From: Eledone cirrhosa
Lineage: Eukaryota
Length of the DNA: 64,000 nucleotides
Direction: 5' to 3'
Assembly: GCA_964016885.1 (NCBI GenBank)
Contig: OZ024743.1
Span: 214,582,001 to 214,646,000 of the forward strand
Shown: in pieces, positions 13,357 to 26,767 of the stretch
How positions within the stretch are numbered: the stretch's first letter is position 1
Layout of the letters: every line of letters starts with the position of its first letter
Notes under the pieces: generated by a model
Seen by the model: only the letters and a program-made list of their open reading frames with translations
What the model was told of the DNA's origin: nothing
Database searches by the model: none
Translations under genes and position numbers: made by a program

Positions 13357-13452
13357 TCGATACGTCCTGAATATCTGAGGCTGCAGGTAGTGGCTTGATA
13401 TTCAATCCAACGGACTTTCCAGTTAACCAACATCAATGACTGAGATTCAAGG
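13357..13452 (+). mobile_element. 3' tip of R4/Dong-like subfamily B between two (TAA)n tracts
   Basis: Matches 20700-20795 and 44010-44105 (CTGAGGCTGCAGGTAGTGGCTTGATATTCA...GACTGAGA). Confidence 0.85.
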
Positions 13453-14464
13453 AATAACAACAATAATAATAATAATAATAATAAGAAGAAGAAGAAGGGA
13501 AGAAGACGCACGAGGTGACGGAAGGTCATGAAATCGCTCCCGTAAGTTTTGAATTTTTCACATATTTAAATCATTTGTGAAATAACAACTCTTAGTACAA
13601 ATGCTACGTAAAGCATCCGGCTTGAGCCCCAAAAAATTCGGACCCAAAATATATTGTTATAAGGCTCAAATATTCAAATATTCAACTGTGTATTGTACAT
13701 TGTATATTCAAAAAAGAAAATGACTATAAATGTAAGAAGAACCCCCCCTCCTCTGTCTACGCTATATAGAACAGCCAAACAACACCAGAAACTAGATACA
13801 ACACCTACCCCATCACCTCTCTGTGTACACTAAACACAACAGCCAGATAACGGCAATTTCACCACCACCACTCACTACTGCCATCATTACCACCAATATC
13901 CCATCACCGCCGCCACCACTCCTTCATTGCTACCACCGCTACAACACCATCACTACAGTAATACGATCACGTCACCACCACCACTGCCTCGGTATCGACA
14001 TCACCACCACCACTGTCTCAGTATCGATACCGCCGCTATTGTCTCCCACATCTCCCCGCCGCCACCACTCCTTCAATGCTACCACCACTATTCCCCTGTT
14101 AACTTGAGAGAGAAAGGGGAAGGTGGCGGTATCACTAGACAAGGGAGAGGCTAGCAAAATATATAAATAGATTGACTTAGTGACCTGGCCAAGGCCAAAC
14201 GACAATATCAACAAATATGGGACTGCTGGCTCACCCCTTCCTCACCAACAATATAAAAAGCCCCGGCACCACCACCGACATAGCCAACAACAATAACAGC
14301 CAACTACAACAAAAAGTATATTATATTATTGTAATGCACTGGGTGATTGCTGGCCTTGTGCCTGGAGTGGAGACAATTATTAATAATTTCATTCTTAAGC
14401 CACGCAATGCTCACATTAAGGAACCACTCATGATAATAACAATTAAAAAAACAACAACAAAAAG

Positions 14465-17400
14465 AAAACCCCGTGACCAAGAAATACCGGGATGGCGGCC
14501 GGCGGGGAATAGCCGTGTCTCTAGGGGAGAACGACCCCTCTAGTCATGGTTGACACTCGTTCTAGAAGTGGTAACACGAAATGATTACCCCTTGGCGGAT
14601 AAGGATAAAACGCGAAAAAATAAAGTAAATGTCTAATGATAAAATCTCATACCGGATCGGCCGTCAACCGGGTAAAAAGGAGCCGCGTCGCTCAGAGAGG
14701 AACCAGACTGGGGTCGAAAAATCAGCTAATGGTTCAAACCTTCCCAACACTTCGGAGCTGGAGACCTCCCATAACCGGAATACTCCTACTGTTGGCCCTC
14801 CATGCTCACCACCAAAGAAAAATAGAGAAAAATGGTCAAGGGAAGATAATAAAGAAGTCCTTGAGGCTTTCTACAATGCCATGTACTACCCATCAAATAC
14901 ATCGAATACCGAACAGACATATATCAACTGGAAAAAGAAACATCCCGAAAACAGAGGCTATATTGACAGTAACAAACTAGCCAATATACGAAGAAATATT
15001 GTAAGAAAAAAGTTACTAACTGATATAGAAATTGATCAGATCAAGCTATTAGCACAAAGTCAGCGAAGGGAAAATGAAACATGTGTCAGTGAAAACGAGG
15101 TAAACTGTAACACTTCGAATCCCAGGGTTGGGGCGGAATCACTGGCAACAGAACAAATTAAAGAAAGGATCGAAAAAGTGGAGGGAGTGCATGCTCAGGA
15201 TGAAACACCAAATGAAAATAATGAGATCGTAAATGATAAGGAAATTAATGAGAATGAACTTGCCAACTTGAAGGATGAAATTATGATCGAATGGATGAAA
15301 ATGAAAGAATCTGACATGGGGCAACGAGACACCCTCCCTAAGATCCAGAACTCCAAACAGAACCAAAAGATAATACACAAGATTAACATAATTCTCAAAA
15401 ACATTATCATCACAAACAAACTAAACATTACTGATTTAAATCATCTCTATTATGCATCGGCTAAAGTCACCACTCACTTATGTGGAGTGAAGATGAAAAA
15501 ACAAAGGAATTCCCACAAGAAATCTACTTGGCAAGAGAACATCAATCGCCAAATAAACCTTCTCCGATCTGACATAGAAATTTTAACAAACTATAAAGTA
15601 GGTGAACATGTTAAACAAACTAAACTTAGAAAATTGAAAAGAAAGTACAGTATAAAATCAACATGTGACATAGACATGCTGATAGAAATAATCAAGCAAA
15701 AAGTGTCGGCCAAAGCTGCGCGTATAAGGCGCTTTGAAAAACGATCTAGATTCTATAAGGACAATAATATGTTCAAAAACAACCAAAGAAACTTCTACAG
15801 AAAAATTGGTAAGTCAACAATAAGTGCTAAATCAATACCACCCAAGGAGGAAGTGAAAGAATTCAGGGAAAAGATCTGGGCCGAAGAAAAAGTTAATAAC
15901 ATACATGCCCCATGGATAGACAGACAAATGAAAGATACAGCTCACCTTGAGGAACAAACATGGGAAAATATAACAGTTGAACAGTTGCGCTTGGCTCTAA
16001 GAAAAACCAGCAAATGGATATCCCCAGGAAAAGACAAAATACAAAACTTTTGGATAAATGCCTTCACAGAGTCTCATGAGCTGTTAGCCCAACTTTACAA
16101 TGAAATAGTTAAGGAGCCAGAAAAGATACCTTCATGGCTAGTTAACGGCATTACATTCCTGCTTCCGAAGAATGATGAGACAAACAATACCAAAAATTAC
16201 AGACCGATAACTTGCTTGACCACAATGTATAAAATTTTAACATCAGTCCTAACTGAATACACATATGACCACCTGATAACAAATGACCTATTTCCCATTG
16301 AGCAGAAAGGGTGTAAACGAGGCTCATATGGCTGTAAGGATCAGCTTCTGGTTAACAAAATGATACTGGAAGATTGTAATAATAGACACAAAAATCTATC
16401 GATTGCTTGGATAGATTATAAAAAAGCATTTGATAGTTTGCCACACAGTTGGATTGAAAAATGTTTAGAGATTTTCAAAGTATCCCCCGTTGTCAGGAGG
16501 TTTTTGTCATTCAGTATGAAGACATGGAAAACGACACTCCTTTTGAATAGTGAAACAAAATCACTGGAAGCTGGAGAAGTTAATATTAATTGTTGAATTT
16601 TTCAGGGTGACTCTTTATCACCGCTTTTATACTGCATCGCACTTATACCATTAAGTAAAATGCTCAATTAAACAAAGCATGGATATAAAGTCTATGACAA
16701 AACCATTAATCACCTGTTCTACATGATGACCGAAAACTATTTGCAAAAAATGATGAACAATTGCAAGGGCTATTATCCACTGTGAAGCAGTTCAGTGATG
16801 ACATTAAAATGGAGTTTGGACTAGATAAATGCGCCAAAGCAACGTTCACCAGAGGAAAGCTGCTGAAAAGTTCAGACATTAATCTTGATCGGGGGAACGT
16901 GATAAGAGAACTTGATCAAGAAAAAACTTACAAATATCTAGGTGTTTGTGAAGGAGACGGAATCAAGCACACGACAATGAGGGAAAGGATAAGGAAGGAA
17001 TGTTACTGCAGAGTGAGAGCAATCTTAAGAACGGAATTGAATGCAAGGAATAGGATCGATGCCATAAACACGCTTGCCATACCAGTAGTAACCTACAGTT
17101 ACAATGTCATCAACTGGTCAAGCACAGAGATCCGTAGGCTCGATACAAAAATTCGAAAATTCTTAATCATGCACAGAATGCATCACCCTCAAGCAGATAT
17201 AGATAGAATATATCTCCCTAGGAAAGAAGGAGGACATGGGTTAATCCAGTTAGACATTGCGTTCAAAACTGCAACAATTGGATTATCTACATATCTAAGG
17301 GAATCACATGATTGGATGATCAAACTCGTTTTGAAACACGAAAGCATCAAAAGATCATACTCCATTACAAAAATGCACAAATATACAGTAATGGACTACA

Positions 17401-18412
17401 CATTTCAGAAGTCCCATTTACTGCTGAAATGGAAAACACAGAAAAAGCAAAGCAGGTAAAAGTAACTGCAAAGAAAGAACTGCTACAGAAACTGGCTAAG
17501 AAATGGCAAGAAAAGCCTCTGTATGGAAAATACCCAGAGCGAGCTAACAATCCTGATGTTGACAAAACATTAACCCATCAGTGTTTGGCATCCACTGGAC
17601 TGAAATCGGAGACTGAAGGACTGATTATATCGGCACAAGATCAGTGTCTGCCAACAAAAAATTACCAAGCCAACATAATAAAAAATGGGTGCAGCCCATT
17701 ATGCCGTGTATGCAAAAAACAACCAGAGACCATTGACCATATAATTTCAATGTGCAGTCTTATAGCTCCAAGGGAATACCTAAACAGGCATGACAGAGCT
17801 GCACAATACATACATTGGATAATGTGTAAGCATTTTGACCTGCCCCATCAAAAGAATTGGTGGGAGCATCAACCACCTCCCATACATGAAAAAGATCACA
17901 TCTCAATCTTGTGGTACTTTAACATCCAAACAGACCGAAAAATAGATGCAAACAGACGTGATATAATATTGAAGGACTTTAAAAAGAGGGTATGCCTGCT
18001 AATTGATATGTCTGTTCCAATAGACAAGAATGTATCTATAAAAACATTTGAAAAATTGAGCAAGTATAAGGACCTGGAGATAGAAATTGGAAAAATGTGG
18101 AAATTGAGAACTAAAACAATACCAGTGGTTGTAGGCGCTCTGGGAATGATACCTAAGGGGTCTAATGATTACATATCGCAAATCCCAGGAAAACCGCGTA
18201 TAGGAGAAATACAAAAGATAGTATTAATGGGAACTGCCCATATACTAAGGAAGATTCTGTCAATATAATTACATCACAAGTCTAAACACTAAAGATGCAT
18301 GTGTGAATATATATGTTCTTTCTTGAACATGGCGGACCTTGTTGTCTCTTGAGGTCACTGGTTGTGACTTGGTGATAACTCGTATGAACATAAAGCAAGA
18401 TAAATGCAACTG
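14465..18412 (+). mobile_element. Near full-length R4/Dong-like non-LTR retrotransposon (subfamily A)
   Basis: Single disrupted ORF with RT, CCHC finger and RLE endonuclease. The 3' UTR ends GATAAATGCAACTG directly into (TAA)n. Confidence 0.9.
14629..18268 (+). pseudogene. Dong/R4 ORF (RT + CCHC + RLE), with premature stops and frameshifts
   Basis: SPGKD, NYRPITCL, EQKGC, WIDYKKAFDS, (G>stop)IFQGDSLSP, YMDD broken near 16725, YKYLG, CRVC..ETIDHIISMC, RHD, R(R)D..D..K..KY. Confidence 0.9.
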
Positions 18413-18430
18413 TAATAATAATAATAATAA

Positions 18431-19648
18431 TAGAAATAGATAGAATATATCTCCCTAGGAAAGAAGGAGGACGTGGGTTAATCCAGTTAGACATTGCGTT
18501 CAAAACTGCAACAATTGGATTATCTACATATCTAAGGGAATCACATGATTGGATGATCAAACTCGTTTTGAAACACGAAAGCATCAAAAGATCATATTCC
18601 ATTACAAAAGATGCACAAAGATACAGTAATGGACTAGCAATTTCAGAAGTCCCATTTACTGCTGAAATTGAAAACACAGAAAAAGCAAAGCAGGTAAAAG
18701 TAACTGCAAAGAAAGAACTGCTACAGAAACTGGCTAAGAAATGGCAAGAAAAGCCTCTGTATGGAAAATACCCAGAGCGAGCTAACAATCCTGATGTTGA
18801 CAAAACTTTAACCCATCAGTGGTTGGCATCCTCTGGACTGAAATCGGAGACTGAAGGACTGAGTATATCAGCACAAGATCAGTGTCTGCCAACAAAAAAT
18901 TACCAAGCCAACATAATAAAAAATGGATGCAGCCCATTATGCCGTGTATGCAAAAAACAACCAGAGACCATTGACCATATAATTTCAATGTGCAGTCCTT
19001 TAGCTCCAACCGAATACCTAAACAGGCATGACAGAGCTGCACAATACATACATTGGATAATGTGTAAGCATTTTGACCTGCCCCATCAAAAGAATTGGTG
19101 GGAGCATCAACCACCTCCCATACTTGAAAAAGATCACATCTCAATCTTGTGGAACTTTAGCATCCAAACAGACCGAAACATAGATGCAAATAGACCTGAT
19201 ATAATTTTGAAGGACTTTGAAGAGGGTATGCATGCTAATTGATATGTCTGTTCCAATAGACAAGAATGTATCTATAAAAACATTTGAAAAATTGAGCAAG
19301 TATAAGGACCTGGAGATAGAAATTGGAAACATGTGGAAATTGAGAACTAAAACAATACCAGTGGTTGTAGGCGCTCTGGGAATGATACCTAAGGGGTCTA
19401 ATGAGTACTTATCGCAAATCCCAGGAAACCCGCGTATGGGAGGAATACAAAAGATAGTACTAATGGGAACTGCCCATATACTAAGGAAGATTCTGTCAAT
19501 ATAAGTACATCACAAGTCTAAACACTAAAGATGCATGTGTGAGTATGAATGTTCTTTCTTGAACATGGCGGACTTTGTTGTCTCTTGAGGTCATTGGTTG
19601 TGACTTGGTGATAACTCGTATGAACATAAAGCAAGATAAATGCAACTG
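18431..19648 (+). mobile_element. 5'-truncated Dong subfamily A copy
   Basis: Near-identical to 17195-18412, retains the RPD endonuclease motif, and is flanked by (TAA)n. Confidence 0.9.
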
Positions 19649-19670
19649 TAATAATAATAATAATAATAAT

Positions 19671-20797
19671 ATGTGGATTGAGACAGTACAAGAGGAGAAT
19701 AGTGACCAGGCACACGAACAAACTGATTTGAGTATCACAGTTGAAACTCTTAAGAGGCAGGCTAAAAAACTAACCAACTGGAAATCACCAGGCCCAGATG
19801 GTGTGCAGGGGTATTGGATTAAAAGTATAACATCCCTCCACCCGAAACTGACAACCATGTTCAATGACTGCTTGATGTCATGTGAGGTATCAGAGTGGTT
19901 GACAAAAGGTACCACAGTTCTGATAATGAAATACCGAATCAAGGGTAATGATGTTACCAACTATAGACCTATTACATGTCTATCCGTAATGTGGAAACTG
20001 TTAACAAGCATTGTATCTGAGGAAATCTACCATCACCTCCACATGAACAACTTGTTACCGGACGAAGAGAAAGGATGCTGAAAGAAGTCCCGTGGTACAA
20101 AGGACCAGTTACTTCTTGATTAGATGGTAATGAGAAATTGCAAGAGTAGACACACTGGTCTTGCCATAGGATGGATTGACTACAAAAAGGCATTTGACAT
20201 GGTTCCTCATTCTTGGATAACCAAAAGCCTAGAGATCTTCAAGGTGGCAGATAATATCAGACAGTTGTTGAGTAAAAGTATGAAGTCCTGGAAAACAGAG
20301 TTAACATCGGCTGGAGAAACTTTGGGAGGCGTGAGGATCAAGAGAGCTATCTTCCAGGGAGATAGTCTGTACCATCTGTTGACAGACAAGAAACTGGAAC
20401 ACAATAGACCAGACTTGGTGGTTTTGGACAAGGAAAAAATATTGTGCCTGATTGTGGATGTAGCCTGCCCATTCGACACACGAGTGCAAGAGAAGGAGAG
20501 GGAGAAATTAACCGATACCAGGACTAAAAGTGGGAGGTAAAAAGGATTTGGAACAGCCACGAAGTCAAAGTGGTCCCGATTGAAATAGGCGCATTAGGTA
20601 CTATCTCAAAGAGTTTCCAAGGATGGTTAAAGAAAATATTCCCGCCCCGCTTTTTGGAACCCTTCCAAACGTATGCTTGTGTGAACAGCAAGAAACGCCG
20701 ATACGCCCTGAATATCTGAGGCTGCAGGTAGTGGCTTGATATTCACTACAACAAACTTTCCAGTTAAATAACATCAATGACTGAGACTCAAAGAACA
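19671..20797 (+). mobile_element. Dong/R4 subfamily B, 5'-truncated with an internal deletion
   Basis: SPGPDG, NYRPITCL, WIDYKKAFD and QGDSL join directly to TDKKLEHNRPD (deletion near 20370). Ends in (TAA)n. Confidence 0.85.
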
Positions 20798-20814
20798 ATA
20801 ATAATAATAATAAT

Positions 20815-20851
<37 letters not shown>

Positions 20852-21094
20852 TTTTCTTTATTAACCACAAGGGTTTACATAAAGTAGACATTAAGGACAG
20901 TACAGGACAATACAGAACGGTACAAATGGGCATTTCTGCGTGTAAAAAAAACGGAGGTTGAAATAAAATAACAAAGAAAAATTCCCCAATAGGGGGGAGA
21001 CTTCCGAGGCACATTTGTGGAGAAAACCCATTAAAAGACCACAGTGGCCCTGACCACCAGGGCAAGTGCCCTCTCCCAGTTTTCCACCTTTAAT

Positions 21095-24000
21095 TTACAG
21101 ACACATACTCAGAGAAGGCCCATTCATTCGGGCCATACTTGCTTCTCTCACCCATCTTTCAACAAAATGCTGGGAAGAGAGCACTTCCCTCTCTACCCTG
21201 ATTTTCCTTTTCAAATGAAATTTGAAAAAGTTAATCAGGGCATCACCGAAGAGGTAAGTGCTCGTCTTCAGCCCTTTCAAACGTGTCCACCATACTATCT
21301 CTTTCGCCATGGCCACCAGACAGATAAAAACTGCCTGCCCTTCCCGGCTAAAGGAAGGGGGCGGGGCAATCCTCACGATGGACTCAGCTGATAGCTGGAT
21401 CCGTCCTACACGTGACAGCAGGTGTTCGACATAAACCCACAAGTCAGCAATGCTCGGACACTGGACGAGTGCGTGCAGGACGGTTTCGTCGCCCTGCGCG
21501 CATCTCGGACATGCCCGGCTGACGGCACCTCCATGCCTGTAGAGTTTATCCCGAACTGGCAAAGCTCCTCGGTAGCACTGCCAGGCCAGGGATTTCTGGA
21601 AGTTGTCCATAGGCCCCGGCCCGAAAATCCTTCCGAAGAGATTGGCTAGTTGATTTTTGTCGACGCCTAGAGTTTCTCCAAGTACGTCGTCGCTCTTCCC
21701 CTCCACTAATCCCCTATAGAACGCCAAGATGGAGTTTCCACCGATCACATTGCCCGATTGGTCGAGGGCTGTGAGCGCCTGAAGACATTCCAGTCTCCAA
21801 GCGCTCCCTCTCGGTCTTCGCTTGACCCAGGACTGCAGCTCCGTCAAAGAGACGAGCTGGGGAAAAACGTGTCTCGCAAACGGCGACCACACCTGATCAC
21901 CGTCGAGGAAGAGGTGGAGATGTCGTAGCCTGAGCGCGTGTCTGCGCATCATCAGCCACGGCACGCCCAGCCCTCCACGTAGCGGGTGTTGACAGCAGAT
22001 GGACCGCCTGACCATCGGAGCGCGTCCCTTCCACAAGAAGCGAAAGAGCAAACGCTCCAGCGCAGTCAGGCGGGGCTTAGGACAAGGTACGACAGTTAGG
22101 CGGTAGTAGTTGACGGACGGAATGTACGCGTTAGCCACCTCCGCTCGACCTTTCAGGGATAGCTTCCTCTCGGCCCATTTCTGGGTGAGAGAAGCCACAC
22201 TGATCGTCACCTCGTCCCAATTTTTGTCCATCTGGAGCCCCTAGCAATTTAACCGGTCCGTCCGTCCAGCGCCCGACGACGCTGTTGGACGGCATGGACC
22301 TGCCTCTCCAGGTGCCGAGCTGCAGGCCACTGACTTTTCCTGGTTGATCATTGCTCCTGTCACCGCTTCGTATTCTCTTAGTGTAGTGCCGTCGCCACGA
22401 TGCGTTTGGCGTTGACACCACTACGGTGACATCGTCGCCATAAAGCTGACACGGATCTTCCGCATCCTAGTTCGCGCGGGACCCCTTCAACGTCTCCAGT
22501 TTGTGCAGTAATGGCTCGAGAGACAATACGTACAATAGGGACGAGAGAGGACATCCTTGGCGGACCGAGCGCATGGTGTTGAACGGTTCCAAAAGGTGAC
22601 CGTTCACTCTCACTACAGAGCAGATGTCGCTGTGCATGGCAGCGATCCAGCCTCTGAAAACGGGCCCAAAGCCAGCCGCCCTCAGGACTGCCGCTAGGTA
22701 ACGATGGTCGACCCTATCGAAGGCTTTCGACTGATCTACATTGATCAAATACCCACCCGTGCCAGGTTCCCTAGCTACCCTCTCTACGATGTATCGCATG
22801 AGGTGGAGGTTGTCGTGAATGGATCTGTCGGGAATAGCGCATGTCTGTGCCTCTCCCACCAGACCACCAACGACAAGCGCCAACCTATTTGCTAGCACCT
22901 TGGCCAAAATCTTGAACTCTGTGTTTAGCAGAATTATGGGCCTAAAATTATCTATGTTATCCCCCTTGTTCGGATCCTTTCTCAGCAGCGCCACCGCTCC
23001 TCGGCTCACACAGCTGGGAATTCTCCCGTTATGTTGCCAGTTGCAGTAGACGTCCGCCAAGAGGCCTCCGAACAAGTTCGGCATTTGTACGTAAAGTTCA
23101 TAGGGCAGACTATCTAAACCAGGCGATGTACCCCTTGTGCAACTAGTCATTGCATCCCGTACTTCAGCGGTTGTTATCGGCTTTTCGCAACACTCCGCCT
23201 CAGTGGCCGAAAGCCGCGGCAGTCCGTCGAGGTAGACACTAAAGTCCACCCCTCGATCCGGCCCGCCACTGCCCCCGAACAGTTGAGCAAAGTGTCGCTG
23301 AAAAGCTTCACACATTTGCCCGGGATCGAGTAGCATGCGCCCGTCGTGGTCCACCAAAGACCGGTTCGTGGCTTTGTTGCCACGACGCGCCATCGCCACT
23401 CGGGCTCATTAAACGGCTTTCGTCCCCTCGTGTCTGAGAGCACGCACCCTAGCTCTGACAACGCAGCCTTCGTGTTTTGCATTGAAGAATTGGTCAAGGG
23501 CCAATTTCGCCGCAAGTACGTCGGTCGCGATGCCTTTGCTAAGCGCCTTATCTAATTTTCTAACTAATTCTACCTCTGCTCTATTTTTCTCTATTACTAA
23601 AGTCTTACTAAACCTAATGGACTCTAATCTAATTGCTCTTTTCAGAGCAAACCACCACTTGTTGTTGACGATGGCCCCCGTCAACGCCCGCTTAACTAGT
23701 TCGCTAATCCGGTCTCTGTAGGCCTTGCGCGCTGGTAAGGACGCGTTTAGCTTCCAGTAGCCGGGTCCTCGTCTATGAAGCCTATCTAAGTCAAGCACAC
23801 AGATCACGAATTTGTGGTCCGTGTAGCTGACTATCTTGAATTGTGGACAGCCTATGCTATACCTATCTATTTCCCTACAAAATACTCTATCTAGATATGA
23901 TCTGGATGACCCTATACGATTTGTCCAAGTCCACATTGGTACATTCCGGAAATCCATTCGGTACCTGTCAGACAGTTCAAAACGTCTGAGCAGGTTGGTG

Positions 24001-24494
24001 AGACTCTTGCACCCTCCTTCCCTATCCACTAATCCTACACAATCCCAGCGTGCATCTAAGATCCCGTTCCAGTCGCCCACTAACACTAAAGAGCGGGACG
24101 TTCCAAGAAAGGTCACCAGACGCCGGAAGAAATCAGGCCGCCCTGCTCCTGTCGGGGCATAGACGGCCACTAACCTGAAAGCTTGGCCGTTTCCGCTGGT
24201 CACGTCCAGCACCACCAACTTACCTTCTGGGTCCAGGAAGATGGCCCGTATGGCAAGATCCAAACCTCTCCGAAATGGCACAGCAACTCCTCCCCCCGAT
24301 CCCGGACGGCTGGGAGATGCGTACACATCGTAGCCGCCGAAGATCGGTGCGAAAGCCTGTGCTTTGGAGATTCTGGTCTCGCTGATGGCCACTACATCTA
24401 TGTTTAGTGACCTGAGGTCGTTGAGCAGGTGGCCCTGCTTCCATGACGACCCCGAGCCACGCGCATTTATGCTGCCTATTCTGAGTGAGGTCAT
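21095..24494 (-). pseudogene. Tx1 ORF2 (APE endonuclease, RT, C-terminal Zn finger), frameshifted
   Basis: SINARG, ISETR, YAP, GDWN, YLDR and YTDH (APE); SPGLD, NFRPI, DQSKAFDRVDH and VRQGCPLS (RT); SLKGRAEVAN; CPRC..ETVLHALVQC. Confidence 0.9.
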
Positions 24495-24528
24495 GTTGAA
24501 AAGGAGTGGAAAAGATGGGAAAGACCAC

Positions 24529-26434
24529 TTACCTTACTTCTCCTAGGGGAAGGACGGTTTTTCCATCCTTTTCACTGCTTGTGGCCTCCTCAGGAAGGAT
24601 GTCCTTATAAATCCTCCTGGAGAGTGCTTGTCGGAAGTCTCCGATGTCTTTGGGGAATTATTTGTTTTAGTGTCATGTACGTTTTCTGTGTGATGCGAGT
24701 GATTTGTATGTGTGGAGGTGGGGTGAATTTTGGGGTTGTTGTGTAGTCATTTTCTGTGATGCTGGTGTTGTGTTGGATGTAGTGTAATAATTGCTTGTTG
24801 TTCAAATTTAATGCTGTGTAGTGTGTATCGTTTTGGTTGGTTTGTTTTGTTTGCGTTTGTTGTGGGTTTGTTTCTGTTTCGCATTTTGGTGACTTTTGTG
24901 GTGTAGGTGATGGTGGTGTTGGGGTTAATGATGGTGATGGTGTTGGTGTTTGGGTTGATGGGGTTGGTGATGCTGGTGTGGATGGTGGCATATCTGTCCT
25001 AACTTTTTTGTTTCTTAATTTATTTGTTTCCCTTTGTATTTTGTTTTTGGAGGGGGAAGGAAGAGAATGTTTTCTTTTTTGGTTTCTCTTTTTTTTTCCG
25101 GATATCGTTTCCCACTCCTCGTCGTCACAATCTGTCTCCAGTTGTGATAGGCCGGGGAGTGGAAAATGCTCCACACCCGTTAGTTTTGGTTGTGGCGTGG
25201 TGGATGTGTAGGCGCTGGTGCTAGTTCTGAAGCGTTGGGTGGTGGTGGTGTTGGTTTTGCTGGTGGTGGTGATGGTGTTGGTTTTGCTACTGTTGCTGGG
25301 GTTGTTGCTGTTATAGTTGCTTCTGTTGTTGCTGCCATCTCTGCTACTGGTGGTGTTGATGGTTGTGTCACTGGGGTGGGTAGGAGAGGTGGCCTCAACC
25401 TTTTAGCCTGAGGGCAGAAAGCCCTTAGGTGGGTTCCTTCACCACAAACGACACACCTAGGTCTTCTGCCCTCGACAATTACCGTGAGGTGGCTGCCGTC
25501 AGTGAAGTCTATTACCTCTGGGATCTCCTCAATGCTTTTTTGGTCCGCTTGGATCAGGAGCTCCATCCCAGATCCGGACCAGTTCTCCTGCTTTTCTTTT
25601 GCTATTGCTATTATTTTCGTGTTGGCTTCGATGCCGGCGAGGACAGCCGCTATTAGCCAGGGAATTTCGATGGCCGGTGGAACGTGGGTCACCCTGATCT
25701 TTACGAGTCTCTGGCCACAATAGCTTGGGACGAGTGTGAAGTCGTCACTTCTTAATGGGGCCATGGAGTGTTCTCTAGCCTCCTCTGGTGTTTCAAAGAA
25801 CACGTCCACGGTTCCATACTTTTGCCCACGTCTGATGTGGGTTTTTCTTGCCCACACATGTCCCAAAGCTTTTTGGATTTGGGACTCGGATGCCCGTTCC
25901 ACTTGGCGAGATTTTACATTTATTGTTCTATACGACACGGTGCATAGGCGCCGATGCTCCATTTTATTAGGTGTGTGTGTGGGGAGGGGGGGGTGAGGCT
26001 GACCCTGTACCCATCTTTCTTTTCCATTTGTTTGGCATTTTCTAAATCCTCCTGAGTTACCGTAAATGCTTCGAACTGTTTTGCTACTCTGGCGAAACTG
26101 AGGGGGGTTTTATAATGTCAGTGTTGTTGTTGTTGCTATCGTTAATATTAATGTTAGTTTCAGTTGTGGTGGTGGTGAGGTCAGTCGTCTTTGGTGGGGA
26201 AGAGTCCATTTTGCTTGATTTCATTTCGACATCACGAGTTAATTTATTTTTTTCTTCTTTTGTTTCTGTTGTCGCGGTGGTGGTGGTGGTGGTGGTGGTT
26301 GTCGCGGTGGTGGTGGTGGAGGCTTTAACACCTGCAGTCATTGGTAATGGCGGGAAATGAATGTCTGCCTGAGACAAATTTAAAATATTGCTAGTGCTTA
26401 TATTTTTTTTTTGTGTTGGCAAACGTAGTAACAT
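24529..26434 (-). pseudogene. Tx1 ORF1 (gag-like, Thr/Pro-rich linkers), fragmented
   Basis: ORFs 26084-26434, 25180-25962 and 24605-25174. CVVCGEGTHLRAFC fits CX2CX4HX4C. Confidence 0.75.
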
Positions 26435-26721
26435 TTACAATGGTGGTCTCGGTGTGGGGTGTTAATTTGTGAGGAAGGCTTTCAGCTGCTTCGTGCAGAG
26501 GTGAATTAGCCATTTTTTTCAAAGACATTTTTTTGATAATAATACAAGTTTAGATTTTGGGCACAAGGCCCCAATCTTTTTGGGTGTCCTTTTCGGAAAA
26601 CAATGTATGTGCGCTTATAAACAGTTAACAATAAAATTTTCCATAAATGACAATTTTTAACAAACCTAGATAACAAACCTTTGCGGAGCTCACGATGATA
26701 CGATTTACTACGTAGGTCGCC

Positions 26722-26764
<43 letters not shown>

Positions 26765-26767
<3 letters not shown>

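Larger units (their letters stand above)
20851..26721 (-). mobile_element. Full-length L1/Tx1-like retrotransposon (subfamily A) inserted in (ATT)n
   Basis: 5' junction is (ATT)n|GGCGACCTACG. Contains ORF1 with a CCHC knuckle and ORF2 with APE, RT and a Zn finger. 3' junction is AATAAAGAAAAC|(ATT)n. Confidence 0.9.

Noticed and set aside
13823-14214. His/Pro/Thr-rich ORFs
   Set aside because: They come from degenerate (CAC)n low-complexity sequence with no domain signature.
16594-16596. In-frame TGA in Dong RT (also 20079-20081) as selenocysteine or readthrough
   Set aside because: These replace expected Gly and Arg codons, not Cys, and the same copies carry other stops and frameshifts.
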